Shown here piece after piece: positions 12,296-27,200 of a DNA stretch of 64,000 bases (within the stretch, counting starts at the first letter, position 1; each line of letters begins with the position of its first letter). The stretch lies in NCBI GenBank assembly GCA_965285935.1, contig OZ260667.1:22320001-22384000 (forward strand), written 5' to 3'. The notes below the pieces were generated by a model. It saw nothing but the letters and a program-made list of their open reading frames with translations, was not told where the DNA came from and did not search any database. Made by a program: the position numbers and the translations under genes. Source of the stretch: Ophelia neglecta (Eukaryota).

Positions 12296-15200
12296 ATTCA
12301 TTACGACTAATTCTTAACACTAAGGGGTGATCATTTTCTAAAGAGAGGAGGGCGCAATTTCTTGCTCCAGTGTCTTTAAAAATTATAGAACTCTCTCCCC
12401 CCCCCCCCCCCAGCCTTGCCAATTCTGTACCCCCCCCCCCCTATTAGAGACCCCGCTGTTTCTTTGAACCCCCCTCCCCCCATCAACATTACCGGGTAAA
12501 ATTCAAGTTGGCCCGTAAGCACCCTTTTGTGGCGTTAAAAACTGTAGTGATGAAGCATTGAAGGAGAATGAAGCAGCATTGTTGCTAGCAAAGACAAGGA
12601 ATATTGTGGTACTTTTATTCATAAATTTAAGCGAAGCCAAAATATTTTGGCACTTTTCTTTATAAATTTATTTATATAATATGTTAATGTTTATGGGTAA
12701 TTTTTCTTTTATGACCCGGGGTAATCTACTTCCTATTGGCAGGTCTATTACCCTATCACACCGCATCCCTCCACCCCCCCCCACCCCCCGAGTAAATCAC
12801 CACATCTAATTGATACAAAATAGCTCGAATGACTTGTTCATAGTTTTGAAATAACCGAAAATAACTGATTAAATTTGTCAACTTAACCCATAAACATGCT
12901 TTTATGATATATTTTTTTTAGACTTTTTGTACAGGCTTTTTCATAAGAAAATTGCTGTTTATACCAAAAGATTTATCTTGTTCTATGATTTTGTTAGTAA
13001 GGTCATATTGAGAACACGAAATATATGATTTAACATACAAACAGCCTAAATGCCAACGGCGAGAATTAAAATGACCTAAGTGACTTGGTTGCACAGTTTG
13101 AATGACCCAAGATACATCAAACGATGAAAAATGGTCCGAATGACACCGAGAAATGGCCTTAAAGATAAAATAGCCTAATTGGCATGGTAGATGTTTCAAG
13201 CAGTGATTCTAAAGCCTGTTTATTTCATATAAGTCCTAGTTCGGTGAATCCTTTAAATTTCGAACACTTTCAAACACGATTTTTAATACAGTATAATTTA
13301 TAATACAGAATGTATTTATAATCGAATTGGATATTGTCTATTATTAAAATAATCAATCTCCTTCATGTTCGGGGGCAAGGAAGTTCATGGCCAATATTTT
13401 AAGTTTAAAAGTCCTCTTGAGGCTTCGCGAAAGTTGAGATCAGGGTCTGATAAATTTCAAATCCAACTTTCCGCCCACAGTTAAAATTAATGAGATGCTT
13501 GCTACACAATGGGGTGTTAGGCCAACCAAAACTCTTCAATTAAAAAGTACATTTTAAAGGTGTTAATTATAAGGTAATGTCGCGTCGATACATTACGTCG
13601 TACAATTAAGATAATAGGACTAGATTCTAATTGCAATACCGTGATATTTCAGTTCGCCCACCAATTGCTCTATATATAAACCTTTTTACTCGAACTTTTA
13701 ACAACAGGCATAAAGATAAAGGTATTTAGATTAAAGTATAAGTTAGGAAAGTGACAGGTGTATTTAACTCAAAGTATATACCTGTTGCATTGTGGAGTGA
13801 ATCGTGTCATTTAGGGTTTATATTTTTGGGAAGATGAACTGTATTGCGCTAGGGTCTGTTGCATGAACTGACACCTGAAATACCTGGCGACAGCATTCGC
13901 TTAATACGATAGTTAATGTTCATACATTGCCAATTGAGAAAGACCTGAAAGTTTGGAAAATTGTTAGAATATGTTACTCTGTTTACCGCAATCCTTAGAT
14001 ACAACAAAAAGTAAATCTTTCTCAATGGATTAGGTCGGCCTTTTTGATTCAAGCAATAAGATTATCAAAATATAGGAATGTTTTACAAAATAACACATGG
14101 TGCCATCATCAGTAAAAGAGAACTATTAATTAGGGTCTACTTAAATATTGATTAAATACTCCAAATTTTCAGGTCCATGGCAAATATAATATAATCATTG
14201 TATTTTTAATTAAATTTCCTCGGCTGAAACCTTATAAAATGTGAATGTGAAAAAAAGTGGGTATACAGTGATAAGATAGTAAATAAGAGGCATTACCCCC
14301 CCCCCCCTCTATCCCCCCCCCCCCCTATCCCCAACGGCTACTCTCACACCTAACCACAACTGCCCTATCAATTGACAGGTTATTCATAGCAATAGCAATT
14401 ATGCATCATTATTTTCTGTAATAAGAATTTGTCACTTTTCCGATTTTCGTAGCAATGCTTACTTTGAAGGCCCACTGCTACATTGTATTCGATTTTCCTT
14501 ATATGGCTTGGGATATTTCATCAATAAGATCATAGTTATCAAAACACATTACGTTAGTCACGTTAAATTCATATTCGCGAGTTCTTTGCTCTCGTGTATC
14601 AGGAGCTTCTGGTTGTAAAACCACCTGACGTTTAAGATGAATGACTGAAAGTCCCACCGTCACTACGATGCCCCCTCTGCATTCTCTTGTTGTAACGTTT
14701 ATCAACTCTAAAGCCAAGGCAATCTATGGAAATGTTGCGCTTAAACAGGAAATCCTGCCATGGAGATCCCCTTCATGGGAATTGAAATAAATTGTAGGAG
14801 AAGAACGCTCAACTTTGCGACCTTTGTTTTCATGCAAGGTAAATGAACTTTCGCTAAGTTTGGAAGTTGCTCTATGTCACAACTATAAGTAATAAATCAA
14901 TGTGATTGCAATTAAAGAAATCTTTCTAAAACAGTGCATTGCATGCAGGATAAAGTGAGTAAATTTGCATTTGCTCGACATTTTATACCGTAATACCGCT
15001 GTGGATTGGCGATTAAAAGTCAATAAGATTGAATAAACTTCAATTTCTTATGTGATAAAACCGTAAGAATGGTAACTTTCAGGACTTTTTTTGATTAAAA
15101 AGTCAACTTGAATAAATAAATCTACAATTTCTAATAAAATTAAACATCACCGTGAAACATTCAAAAACCTTCCACTTCGCAGGGATTATTTCAACACTGC

Positions 15201-16454
15201 TTTTACATTTTAATTTGACATTAACCTAGCCTAATAATGAATGTAAATTGTTCAGTTGTCAGTATTTAATCCAATTGTCAAACCATTGACCACATCATAC
15301 GTTCTGCCACATACCCAAACCAAAATAAAGATCTATTTTCAAACTTCCAGCGAACCTGAATATGTACCAGTGTTTTACATAAATCATTGTTTAGATGAAG
15401 TAGACGTTTAAAACCGGCGGTGGTCAATACCATCTATCTATTAGTATGAATGTTACAGAACTCAAGTGTTCCTGACCTCCCACAGAATGTAATATTGACG
15501 CCTAGTCTAAGACCGCCTTGAGCGATAAGTCAACATTCAAGTCGTCTAATTATTCAATTAAACGATTCAATTAAACACCTTTAATGTAGCAAATGCTTTA
15601 GTCTTTGATGTGGGACGGTGAGTTTTATAGGATGGTTTCGTAACGTAGATTTGAATAAAGTGACTCTCCGTTAATGGAACATCACTGAGAAAAACACTAA
15701 ACAAATGAAACTCGCGGAAACGGTGCTAATTAAAGCTATAAAGTGAATCTGTCAGTATAGATCTACTGCTTGTTATCAACATAATAAATCTTGGTTCTCT
15801 TATCAAGATAGTAAACCGGCTTGCTTCTTGTATATTGCCTGGCTGGTAATAATTTTTTTAATTAAAATGGGCTGGAAAAATGTAAGAATACATTTGGAAG
15901 AGCAGTACAATACAGGCCGAAACTGGATATTAACCAGTAATAAATCAGAATTATACAGCTTCCTGAACTTTTCTATCCAGATAGGCTATCTCCTGACTTT
16001 AACATTCCCATGGTGTTTCTTCTATTTCCACAGTGCAGTACTCCAATGACCACTTAAAATCACATATCACTGGAGCGTTTAGAGAAAACTACTCTATGTT
16101 TACAAAAGACTCCTCGGCAGTTTAACAAGGACCATTTCAATATTAGGTCTATCATTATTTTGTCGTTCTGCACCGAAGAAGTAGAAACATTGTTAGTGAT
16201 GAGGCAGAGGTGTTCGGATTTAGCATTAAAATTTGTATTAATGGTCACACTGGCTTACCAAATAATTAAGCTTGTTATATTCAGCTTTGATCACACACTT
16301 TTAACAGATCTTCACGTATATTAAAATATTAAGGAGTCGGAGAAAGTGTAAAAGGTACCGCTTCATCTATTGTAAGGAACAGCACTCTAAGTAACAACTA
16401 GAAGGAATTTCTTTTTCTCGTGCGATGCATGCAACATTCTTTTTTAAATGCAAC

Positions 16455-16488
16455 AAAAAACGACAGACCTTGGATAATGTTGTTTATT
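16455..16488 (-). terminator. candidate polyadenylation signal of MORC2 (3'UTR about 1.6 kb)
   Basis: AATAAA on the - strand (tttatt 16483-16488) followed on the - strand by a GT/T-rich element gtctgtcgttttttgttg. An alternative signal lies at 17059-17064. Confidence 0.45.
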
Positions 16489-18109
16489 GAAATTATGAAT
16501 ATTTCTACACAGCATTAATGTTGGCAAAAAACAAGCAACAGTCGCTTTTATGGGACTAAAATGTTCAACATAATATACTGCCTTGTCACTTAATTTATAT
16601 GCACAGTTGGAGAGAACGTATTAAAACCACAATAAAAATTATTCAACACCACTTGGTCAGCTGACTTTAAAAAACCTAATACAAGTTTATAGCATAGCTT
16701 ATTTAATAGGCAGGTATTTTGTTTTTACAAATGATGTGTTACTGTGAAGAACAAACTACAATTAATATTGGGAACCTCAAGACAATTGTTCCACATATTT
16801 ACAGAGAATGTCACTAAGTGTGAGTCTCCAGGAGACTTTTTGCAGTCAATACTATTACGTTTTAACGTACGGGGCAGACCTTTAGGGGTGCTGGTCAGGA
16901 CCTCCTTGCTTTGGAGAGGTCCCCTTACTCCCTGGGTTAGAAAAGAGGCTCAGCCCAAAGGCAGGGTCTGGAGGAGATGAATGTCTGCTCCCATACCTTC
17001 CCTTGAGCTAAACCATATTTTGCTAAATCTTGCCACCTGCTCTATTAGTGACACTGGTTTTATTTTTAATATCAAGCTATATGGACCTATTACACAAGGA
17101 CCTGTACACTACATACATCAGTCATAGTCAACTTAACATTTATCAATATTTAATGTAATACAGACATTTAATGGAGGAACAGATACAATTCACAATTGCT
17201 GCCAACAAGGATCCTCCTAGCTATATAACATAAACATACAGAGAGCATGGTTTACAAAAAAACATTGAAATCCAATATGTTCATCCTAATATGGCAGAAC
17301 AAACATTTCTAGGGTAAAGCCAGCCACTGTATTTGGTTTTATAATAACTCTCATAATATTGGTTAGAGAAATACATTATCGTTATTGTTGAATGTACATT
17401 CTTATCTAAGTTAAATACAAAAAATATCAAACATCTTCTCACCACTTAAGTCATCTCTTCTAAGTAAGTTGTTCTGGCTTAAATTGATGAGCAACTCACA
17501 AAATGTCTAACCACTTGCCTTCAAACTTAAGTTTAACAGTCTTACTCCTGAACACAACAAGATCAATTAAAAAAAAATCACTTAAAGACCTAACAGGACC
17601 TACCAGCTTAAAGATTTTAACTGTTTCAAACTACCGAGTCATCCCAGTCCCTTGTAAAGTGGAAATAGTCCTAGAGTTTTCTTTTTTTGAGATGAACATA
17701 TTGCTTTTTTGTCTTGAATTAGAACTGGGACTTGTTTAAGCTTAGTGCCTGGGCATGTTTAACATGCTACTAGATGCCATTAGTAACAAGTGTTAACATT
17801 CTGAAAGCCACGAGGAGAGCACAGCTCGGGAAAAATGACACTACAAATCTACCTACGCATTACACAGTAGTCAAATACCTGTACAATTAATTCAGCCTAC
17901 TCTACATATACAGTTGAGATGTACTCTGCCGGCCGGTGTGTCCTTCACCAGTCATAGCCTACTCCAGTCACATTCTCTGGAAAACCGGTCTGGTGTCCAC
18001 AGTCAAATCACTGCCATTTAAGTCAAACTGTCCACTGTAGGTCCTCGTCTGACTCCAGCCTCCCCATTCCGTGTTTCTGAGAGTACTGTGTGGAGTGGGG
18101 GAGTCTTGT

Positions 18110-18211
18110 TCACTCCTTGCCGTCCACCTGTCCCTGGGTGGCCTGCTTGACACAGAGGGAGAGCAGCTCGTCTACCTGGTCTGTGTCACACTCAGGGTCT
18201 ATGTCAAACTC
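18110..18211 (-). CDS. MORC2: MORC2 last coding exon
   Basis: ttacag acceptor; [36 protein letters not shown] (compare human EDIDINTDDELD). Confidence 0.87.
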   Translation of the reverse strand, partial: EFDIDPECDTDQVDELLSLCVKQATQGQVDGKE

Positions 18212-21200
18212 CTGTAACAGGAAAAATCAAAATGAATTTTACACTAACTTACAGCCAAGACCATAATTATAAAATAAACATATTATATCATACCATAATA
18301 AGGTAAGGAAATTCATTAACTATAATGGCACTTTATTAAGCAATAATTGTACTAATTCATACAGTTTAGTTTAATATAATATTAACTAATTGTTTACCCT
18401 GCAATAATTAGCCCCCACCCCCCCCAACAAGATAACCTAAAGTGGAGACCATGATATAATTATAATAATAATTTCTATTTTGCCTGTAATAATTCACACA
18501 GCTATAAATTCAGTAAACTTTAGGTGTGTGTATGATTAGAGGTATTACAGTAATACATCTCTTAAAACTATATTGTTTTCTGCTCTCAGCAATCTGTATG
18601 TTGATCTATTGTCTAGAGTTAACATCTAATCAGACAGGTAGTTTTTAAGCTTTATATGGTGTATTTTCTATAATGCAGTGTTTTATATAATGTTTTATGA
18701 GTCTTTGTTGTGACAATAGTCAGGAGGTTGCTTGCTGTCAGGCAGATTGACATTATCACATGAGGTTGACCTTATCAGTCGACCTCAGTGACAGCCCAGA
18801 ACACCTCGTGGAGAATGGGGCGGCGTGCACCCGCTCGAATGCGCTAACGGCCTGACATGCTATTACACCTATGTGTGTCCAAACCAACACAGCCAGCACA
18901 CGTCAGACCCTGAGTTTTACAATCAGCACCATTAAGTCTGCCATATATACCAGCGCCGTGGATTTTTGGGGTTGTTGATTTGCTGCCAATACAGACAGGC
19001 TGCAGCCGTTGGTGTCCGTATTCTGACACTTTCTCACTGCAGTCCTTATCGCTCCAAAACCCTTATAGTCAACGGTGTCATACCATTCCGAAATAATCGG
19101 CGCAGAAAAAAACCGTGTTCAAGCGAATAATAAAGACTGGTACACTGTATGAACACAAGGCATTCCACTTGGCTGGGAAATGACTTGGCCAGAAGTTATG
19201 GCCTTTGCATGATATCTGTTATAAAGCCAATGGTCAATTTGGAATTCTTAAAAATGCTCACAAGAAAAGTGGTCACTATAAGTTTGTTTGTATCCATTTT
19301 GTGACATTGTTCAGTTGCTCTTGTACACACAAAGCAGCATGACATGTTCTTTCTAATAAGGTCATATAAAGGCAGGTAAAGAGGCTGGCATCCATCAAAT
19401 TATTGACAATTAGGGCTATAAAAGACACAACCAAGTCATCTCCTATTAACATACCAACATATTTAGGCATGCTATCGTTTTTTCACAACTTGGGACATAT
19501 TCTTTACACCTTCATCCCTTTAGAACCTGGTAGAACCAAGGCAGAAGCAAAAGCCACAGAAATCACATAGTTGCTGTGAGAGAGTGTTATGTGTTATAGT
19601 ATAAAATGTATACGTGATATCAACATGTTGTCCAGTGCTAGGAAACACAGGCCTTAAACAATGGCCAGTGTGTAGGGCGAGGTGTGGTCCGACTCGCGCC
19701 TCGTCGGGCTCCTGGAAACCCTCGCCACCTGTCTAACACCTACACGCCAATGATACCCCACACACTGGAGAACCAGGCCAATGCCAAATCAACAAACTTC
19801 AACAGGCGTTCCTGGAACAGGGAACAAAAGTCAGCTGTCACTATGACCAAGAGCCCTGCGGCATTTCCAGACACACTCCACTCATCTGCAAAATAACCCT
19901 ACCCGTCTTGGCCCCAATAAAACCGCACCGATGTGGGCGAAAGAAAGGGAATTTTATATCCTAGGTGTGAAAATCCATAACCAAGGCACAAGTTGATTAT
20001 TTTCTACCTTAATGTGAGGCTGTCAAAGTGACTTGATAGCCCTCCATAGACAAAACTTGTATAGGTGAGATGACTTGAGAAATAATAATAAACTGACCTA
20101 GTTGGGAGCTAATACACTAACCAACAGAAAGACCCTGCCACTTGACAACACATCTGCTTCATAACAAAATAGGATCTCTTTAAAAAAATATATCCAAAGG
20201 CATGGAGTGAAACAATGTCTTCTGAACCATATGTACCAATGTATTATGGTGTTAATTAGGAATCAGGTTGTAAAGACATTCATTTGACAGTCATCGACGT
20301 GGCCTCCCTCTGTGGTGAGACAGAGTGAGGGGCAGAACATAGCCAGGGCAGGGGTCTATCTCCCTGGGGCCAGCTATCTGGCCTCTACCCCAAGTCAAAC
20401 GCTCAACATCTTTCTTTGTTGCGGGCTGTGTATGTGATACCCTGTCGACTGTCAGCGGTCTCTTTGATCAGCGGTTCCTCACACTCGCAGTCAATAGCCG
20501 AGAAGACTCATTGTCAAAATGCAAAGTTTCTATTACCTTGTTACAAATTATCAGAGTGTTCCAATTCAGAAGGAGTAATTAATTTTTGGTGGTAGGGTTG
20601 GGTTAGTTGCAGACTTGAAATGGCTGCCCGCTGAGATCATTGTAGGCTTATTGATAAAGCAAAGACTTGAAGACAAGTTGATTTAGTGACCTGTCTGCAA
20701 GGTATTTATAAAGGAGTTGAAAGTGACAACTAACTTCAATCTTAAAACACACACAGCTCCACAACTACAAAAGACACGTTTTAGGGACACAATGAATACA
20801 ACTGTGAAAGGTATATTTTCGGGGATGTCTTGTAGCTTTAACTATACCAACACAACAAAAAAACTACAGAGGAGAAAAGACAGCTACCAGGGCTTGCCAA
20901 GACTACCGGCTTGTATGTTTTATCTAATATTCTTGAAAGCACTTCATAACAAGTCCATCAAGAGTATTACAAAGATTGCTTCAGGTCTGGGGCAGGCCTA
21001 AGAATCTTGTTAGTTTTCAATTACTCAGTATAATGGTATTTAAGTCCATAACATGTTGATTAAAGCGCGTGACTCAGAAGCCAAGTGGACATGACGAGAG
21101 TCACAGAGGTATAAAATCCCTAATATGATGGCTTTTGTGGTTATTAGCCCAGCTTATATCATCCTTTGGGCTCTGAAATGTGCGTCCGCCACCATGCGTT

Positions 21201-24200
21201 ATGTGCGTTTTGCCCTGGATTGGCAGCTAATTCTTCATTACATCCTAAGCATGTCCATCAAAATCCGCCTGGTTAAATGTGCACACTCTGACCGAGACTG
21301 AACTGCCGCTGGCCGCCATTAAACAGGCGTTTTAGTTTGTCATGTTTTAAGAGGCCGGCTGACCTGTGGGGCAGGGCCAGTGGTCACTTCTCTACTCCCC
21401 CGCTAGATTGATGAGGCCTAGTCAAACACTCAAAAGAATCCAGTTGGACTGGGTATTAACTTGTTTAAGCCAACAATTACATTAACATCAAACCACTGAT
21501 TGTATTGCAAACCTCACTGAATGCTGCTTAAACAACCAAATCATTTCAAAGTTTTCAATTTCTTCTGCGAAATGGCTTCATCTTTCATTAAATTCATACC
21601 ATTTATTCTTATAGAAAAAAGCCATGAACTGCCCTTCCAAGATAGATAAATGAGAAGAGCATGTTGTGAGAGATCGCCAGGCCGGGACATCTCCCGTTAA
21701 TTGTTGTATCAATGTAATTTGTAGTTCCCCCGCCAATACCTCCTCTCTTATTAAATCTGGCACTACACGGCCATTTGTTCCTCGCGACTCAGCAGGGACC
21801 TTGACATCACAGATGGTTACCAATTGTCGTCCACCCCTAACATGTCCCCCAACGTTGTTGTTGTAGGTTTTTCAATGTTACGCTTTCCGATCCCACGAGA
21901 CGTTCGCACAATGACCGCATTTTCCTAAATTAGCTTTTTTAACACTGATTTTTCATCAAAGGACAGCATAAACAAACCTTTAAATCGAGTAGGCCAATCA
22001 TTAGAGTAAGGAATGTCTCAGTACATGTTTCATTATATCATTTCTGTTGAGAGCTTCGAAAGTTTTAAATTCTAGAATTTCCACTTTTAATGAGTCATTG
22101 ATGACAAATTGGTGAGTGAATAATTTAAAGTTATCGTAGAAACACACAAGGCCATGTTGGGACTGGATCAATGGAAATTAAACGTAATTAATGACATTTA
22201 ATTATCAATATAACTTTTGTTCTTTTGTGTTCAGATAATGGGTGGCCATGGGGCATTATTTAATCGAGACTTTGATGGTCAGTTGTCTGTGTGATAACCT
22301 CTACGAGGCTATCTCTCACCAGATCAAATGGAAATTTTAGCACTTGAGCTATAAAATAATTAGAAAGCAGTACACAGTAAAGTCAATTTCTAACAACTTC
22401 AACTTGTGGAGTCTAGCATCTATTGATTAAACTTTTAATCAACAGTTTAACGTGTTAATTCCTTAAAGATAAATTTTACAAGTGAACGAGCCTTGCAGGC
22501 GAACAGGACATGCGACTGTTGATAGTAATCCACGGAGATGACATGAGACAAGATAGAAGTGTCTGATGTGGAAGTTGAGAGGGGCTTTATCGGCAGCTGG
22601 TCATGACTTCTGTGGCTCAGGGATGACCAACTGTCAAGGTATGAAGTCAGAAGTCTATTACTGCCCCAATACCCCGACATCCCTGACAACCCCGACAGTG
22701 TGTCAAGTAGTCTATTGACACCACCCTAGTTGACATTATGGCTAGTGATGCAATATAACCCAACAAAATGTAATATGACAACAGACAAAGTGCGCTCTAT
22801 CCATACAACTTGAGGAGACAATGGAAGCGAGTGATAGTGGTCTAGTGCTGGGCCATCTGATAAGGGACTTCTAGGAGGATCAAACTAGAAATCTCCACTG
22901 ATAACGCACAAATGCCACTTAATAACGGGTATTGAAAGGGCAACCTTCGAGTTTGAATGTGTGTGACAAAAGTCAGCTTGTCTATAATGACGGAGAAGAA
23001 CCTGACACCACTCGCCCCAAGAGGGCCACAGTAATTTGAAGTTGTAATTTGGCTTGGAGTTTTTTGTTTTTTGTTTTGCCCCGGTATCTTTGTTACTGAC
23101 AGTCAGTCAAACTCTTGTTGGCCGCTGTGTTGCAGGATTTTTTAATATCTTCCATATACTTTATGTTCAGTTAACCGCCCTTGACTTGCAACTGGTTTCA
23201 TTCATTTATGGTCAGAGTCTTGGTATACCTCATTGATAGATTTCAGTAGTTTGGCTATCATCTTTCTGACTGAGGAGAGTTTGTTCTTGTGCTGTTCTGC
23301 CTCTTGCTGTCTCGACTGGGCCTCCAACTGGAAGCTGCTCACCAACTGAAAAAACAAAAACAAAAATTGTATCAAACAAAAGTGGTCATTATTTACAATC
23401 AGATAGTGCAGCATTACTCTTAGCATTTCACAAATATAGAACTGAAAACAAGAAGAGACTCTGCTTGTTTGAAGTTCATCTTTCTCAATTTTATCAATAT
23501 CAGAATCACAGGAAACATTTAGGGTCAGGTATTTAATTAAAGTTGTCAAAAGTCTTTTCCATTACCCTCTTGTTAGCCGCCTGCCTTCTACATTAAAGGA
23601 AGATTACAAGATAGACTTTTCCTCAGAAATGAAAGTCAGGAATTAACTACTACGCCAGGCAGAATAAATTAAAGCAAGCTAGTGATAAAATCTACCAGGA
23701 AGACATCAAAAGTAAGAGATCTGTGCCAGTAGTTATAGTAAATCTTAACAGTACATGACAGGCCTGAGCGTTTAGCCTGCAGGCCGCTGCCTTTTGTCAC
23801 TCTGGCAAGGGCCCTGATTACTGGGGATGGGGTAAATAGGAAAAATGCAATAACACCCCTCAGACCTGTTATTTTCCCCCTGCCTAGAGTCAATTTAACC
23901 TCCGACCCCTCTATTTACCCTTCAACATGACCATGGTGCGGTCCAGCCCCTATAATTTAATACAGGAAACAATTTAATAGACTCCATGAAAGAAAAGTGC
24001 CTTTCCCGGCAGAAAAATCACTTTTCATTTTGCCGCAGCTATTGTGAGCCGAGAGTAAATTGAAAGTGGCAATCTAAGAGATGTGCTTTTCATTTGATAA
24101 TTAATGCCCATTATGACATGTTAATACAGTGATCTAATTAATAAAGCGGGCAGACTAGAGCCCCGGGGACCTGGGGACACCGCTCCTCAACCATTCATCA

Positions 24201-27200
24201 AGCCTTTTTACAACTGTCATAACATACCGATGTTAACTAGATCACACTTGATGCTAGATGAATTTGGAATATCTGCGTTTGAAGTCTCTTTGATGTGCCA
24301 TAGCCAGGAGAAGGTGCCATATTTAACACAGCCTAGATGGACTTGGATATGGCCAAGACAATACAACAACACTTACTCCCAGAGAGATATACTCTCTTAG
24401 TCCTTTTCTTATTTACATCTCCCCATCCTTAAATTGTTTGATATGGAAATCAGTAGAATCTCTGCAGCTTCTTTGTGCCATGTTAAATTGTCTACCAAAA
24501 GAGGTCCAAAATTAAATCAAAGGGTGAATCCAGTGGAAAAGCTGAGATTCCTTTGAGAGCCTACTTGAAAAGCATCTTCTTATGGGCAATTTAATAAAGT
24601 GTCATTCATGGAAAAAAATACTGCCCAAAGACAGTAAAAGCATTTAACAGTTACTCAATCACTTCAGGTATATCATTGCTTTGACAACAGCTTAATGCAT
24701 TTCTTTAAAGATCAGGTGTCGGGGAACAATAAAGGATGTGCATGGTGTGGTCATAGTTTATTGAAAAAAAGCTGTTAGAATTATCCCTGAATACCAAGAG
24801 ACAGCAACCATTAATAGATTGGGTCAAGTCTCTTTCACACTACAGATTATTATGGCATGGAAATTGGTAAATAAATTATAATGTAACAGTTTGGTTCTAA
24901 ATAAAAGGTTGCAAAATAAGAAACTTGCCACTTTTGCAATTATCCTTTGTTACAGTGTTTCTAAAACAAAAGAGCACTGTCAAAGCCTTTTGATTTCTTG
25001 GTATAACTGGAATGTTATGTTCAAAATGTATATGCATTTTGGGATCATACTGAAAGACAATTGCTGGATAAAAGGAGGCGGACAGTTATATTGTCAGATT
25101 CTCAATGGATGTTAGACTGAAGAAGGGGTGGAAATTCAGAGCTTTACAAAAGAAGCCATGAACAAAGCAGAAACCAACAGACGGATGTCGCAAATTATCT
25201 CTGTATATTTCACACATTGGTCAACCGTTACGTCAAGAATGGTGGCAAAACCAAAGGGAGGAGATGTCAAATAAATCATTTTCCATCACAGGAGGGGTCT
25301 ACCACAGACAAAAACCCTCTCTCGAGCCAACAATTAGGGGCGGAGGTGACATTTTACGCATGATAAAAAAGGTCTGATAATCTACTGGGATGGCGAGAAA
25401 ACGGTTTAAGTTTTTAAAATATCAGCCACTGCATCATGAGCTAGGAGTGAGGGCATTGAGGTGATTACATCACTAAACACGGTGCTGGGTCGGCCGGAGG
25501 GCCAGGACACGAGTCCACAAGTGGTCTGCTCTGCTGACAGCTTGATAACATCTTCCTAATTGGGGGATAAGTATAAGACGTGTGGAAGTCCCTGACGTAA
25601 TTCAGCACAACGGAGGGGTGGTTCTCAACCTAAGCTGTATGCCAGGAAATCATGGCCTTCGTAATAATCAAAACAAACACCATACTCAGGCCACCAACAT
25701 TAAGACGGACACATACCAAGAGTCAAAGGCCATGTAGCACACAGTTCATAAATTCAAGACCGTAAGTGAAACGGTTATACACAATGAACGTGGCCTGACA
25801 GTCAAACAGGGCAAGTTCTTCTTATTTAATGAGTAACAAACATGCTTCAAACAGCAGGCAACCTAAATTTAACAAGGACCACATCAACAATCCAGCTGGT
25901 TAGCAAAAGAAAAGAAAAAAGGGGACCACTTAAAAAGACTGCTAAAATTAATATATTATTACTTTGGGCATTGGCAGACCAGAGTTCATTGTATATTCAC
26001 ACCACTTTCCAGCATAACAAGACTTTGATGAAGCATGCGAGTGCTATCACGTCTCGGCTCACATGCGTCAAAAAGGCAGAAATTCCATCAAAATGGCCTC
26101 AAGCTCCACTAACTGGATGCAAATTATATGTGAGCTAACACTCCTCAGTACGTCCCTTATAATTCAATGAAAGTTAATGTAGAGCTATACACTGATTGTG
26201 GGCGATAAGCATTTTACAATCTGAGAAGAAGACAAATGAGACACTTTCATGTGAGCTCTCCGATGGCATTCGGACTACAGGTGAATTTAAAGTGAATATA
26301 AGCAGAGAAGCCGTGAAGAGAGTCACAGCCTCCCCAGCAAACTTCACACGTCCCAGTGTCTCTCTGCGGGAGCAGGCCTCACTTGGACGTGACAGTCCCA
26401 TAGAATCTATTTCAAATGTAAACTTCTATTATTTCACTTTCAGCAATCACATTCATGATGAGTGACAGACTGTGTGGCTGGTTGACAATAACAATGATAT
26501 ATAGGCCAGTTGTCATCTAAACTACCCTTTATTATGCTATCAATACAGGAACAAAAAGTCTAACACTTCAAATCCTGAAACTCAATCTCACCGCTGTTTT
26601 GTTTTGTATTTTCTTGAAACTCAATCTCATTTTTTAGACCTTATTTTCAATCTTTAAATAAACTTTAATATTATGTTAGTTTCCTTAAATTACACTGTAA
26701 AAGTTAACTCCCATGACATATGTCAACTTTCTTTTCGTAGACTTTTAACATTTTAATTTTTTTTCCGGTCTTCTCCGGTGGTACCCAGCTCTCTGCCCAC
26801 CGTGCCCCAGCCTCTCACACTGGAGCGATATGTCTCCCGCTGCCCACCGTGCCCCAGCCTCTCACACTGGGGTGATATGCCTCCCCCTGCCCACCGTGCC
26901 CCAGCCTCTCACACTGGGGTGATATGCCTCCCCCTGCCCACCATGCCCCAGTCTCTCACACTGGGGTGATATGTCTCCCCCTGCCCACCGTGCCCCAGCC
27001 TCTCACACTGGGGTGATATGCCTCCCCCTGCCCACCGTGCCCCAGCCTCTCACACTGGGGTGATATGTCTTCCCCTGCCCACCGTGCCCCAGCCTCTCAC
27101 ACTGGGGTGATATGCCTCCCCCTGCCCACCGTGCCCCAGCCTCTCACACTGGGGTCATATGTCTTCCCCTGCCCACCGTGCCCCAGCCTCTCACACTGGG

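Noticed and set aside
20329-20391. GC-rich imperfect hairpin as a pre-miRNA
   Set aside because: Pairing needs large bulges and I recognise no conserved miRNA in it.
23202-23228. Alternative MORC C-terminus by read-through (VYQDSDHK-stop)
   Set aside because: A better-conserved terminal exon exists at 18110-18211 and I saw no nearby poly(A) signal.
26812-26823. TCTCACACTG in each 47-bp unit as an array of T-box sites
   Set aside because: It deviates from the TCACACCT core at key positions, so there is no support beyond chance resemblance.
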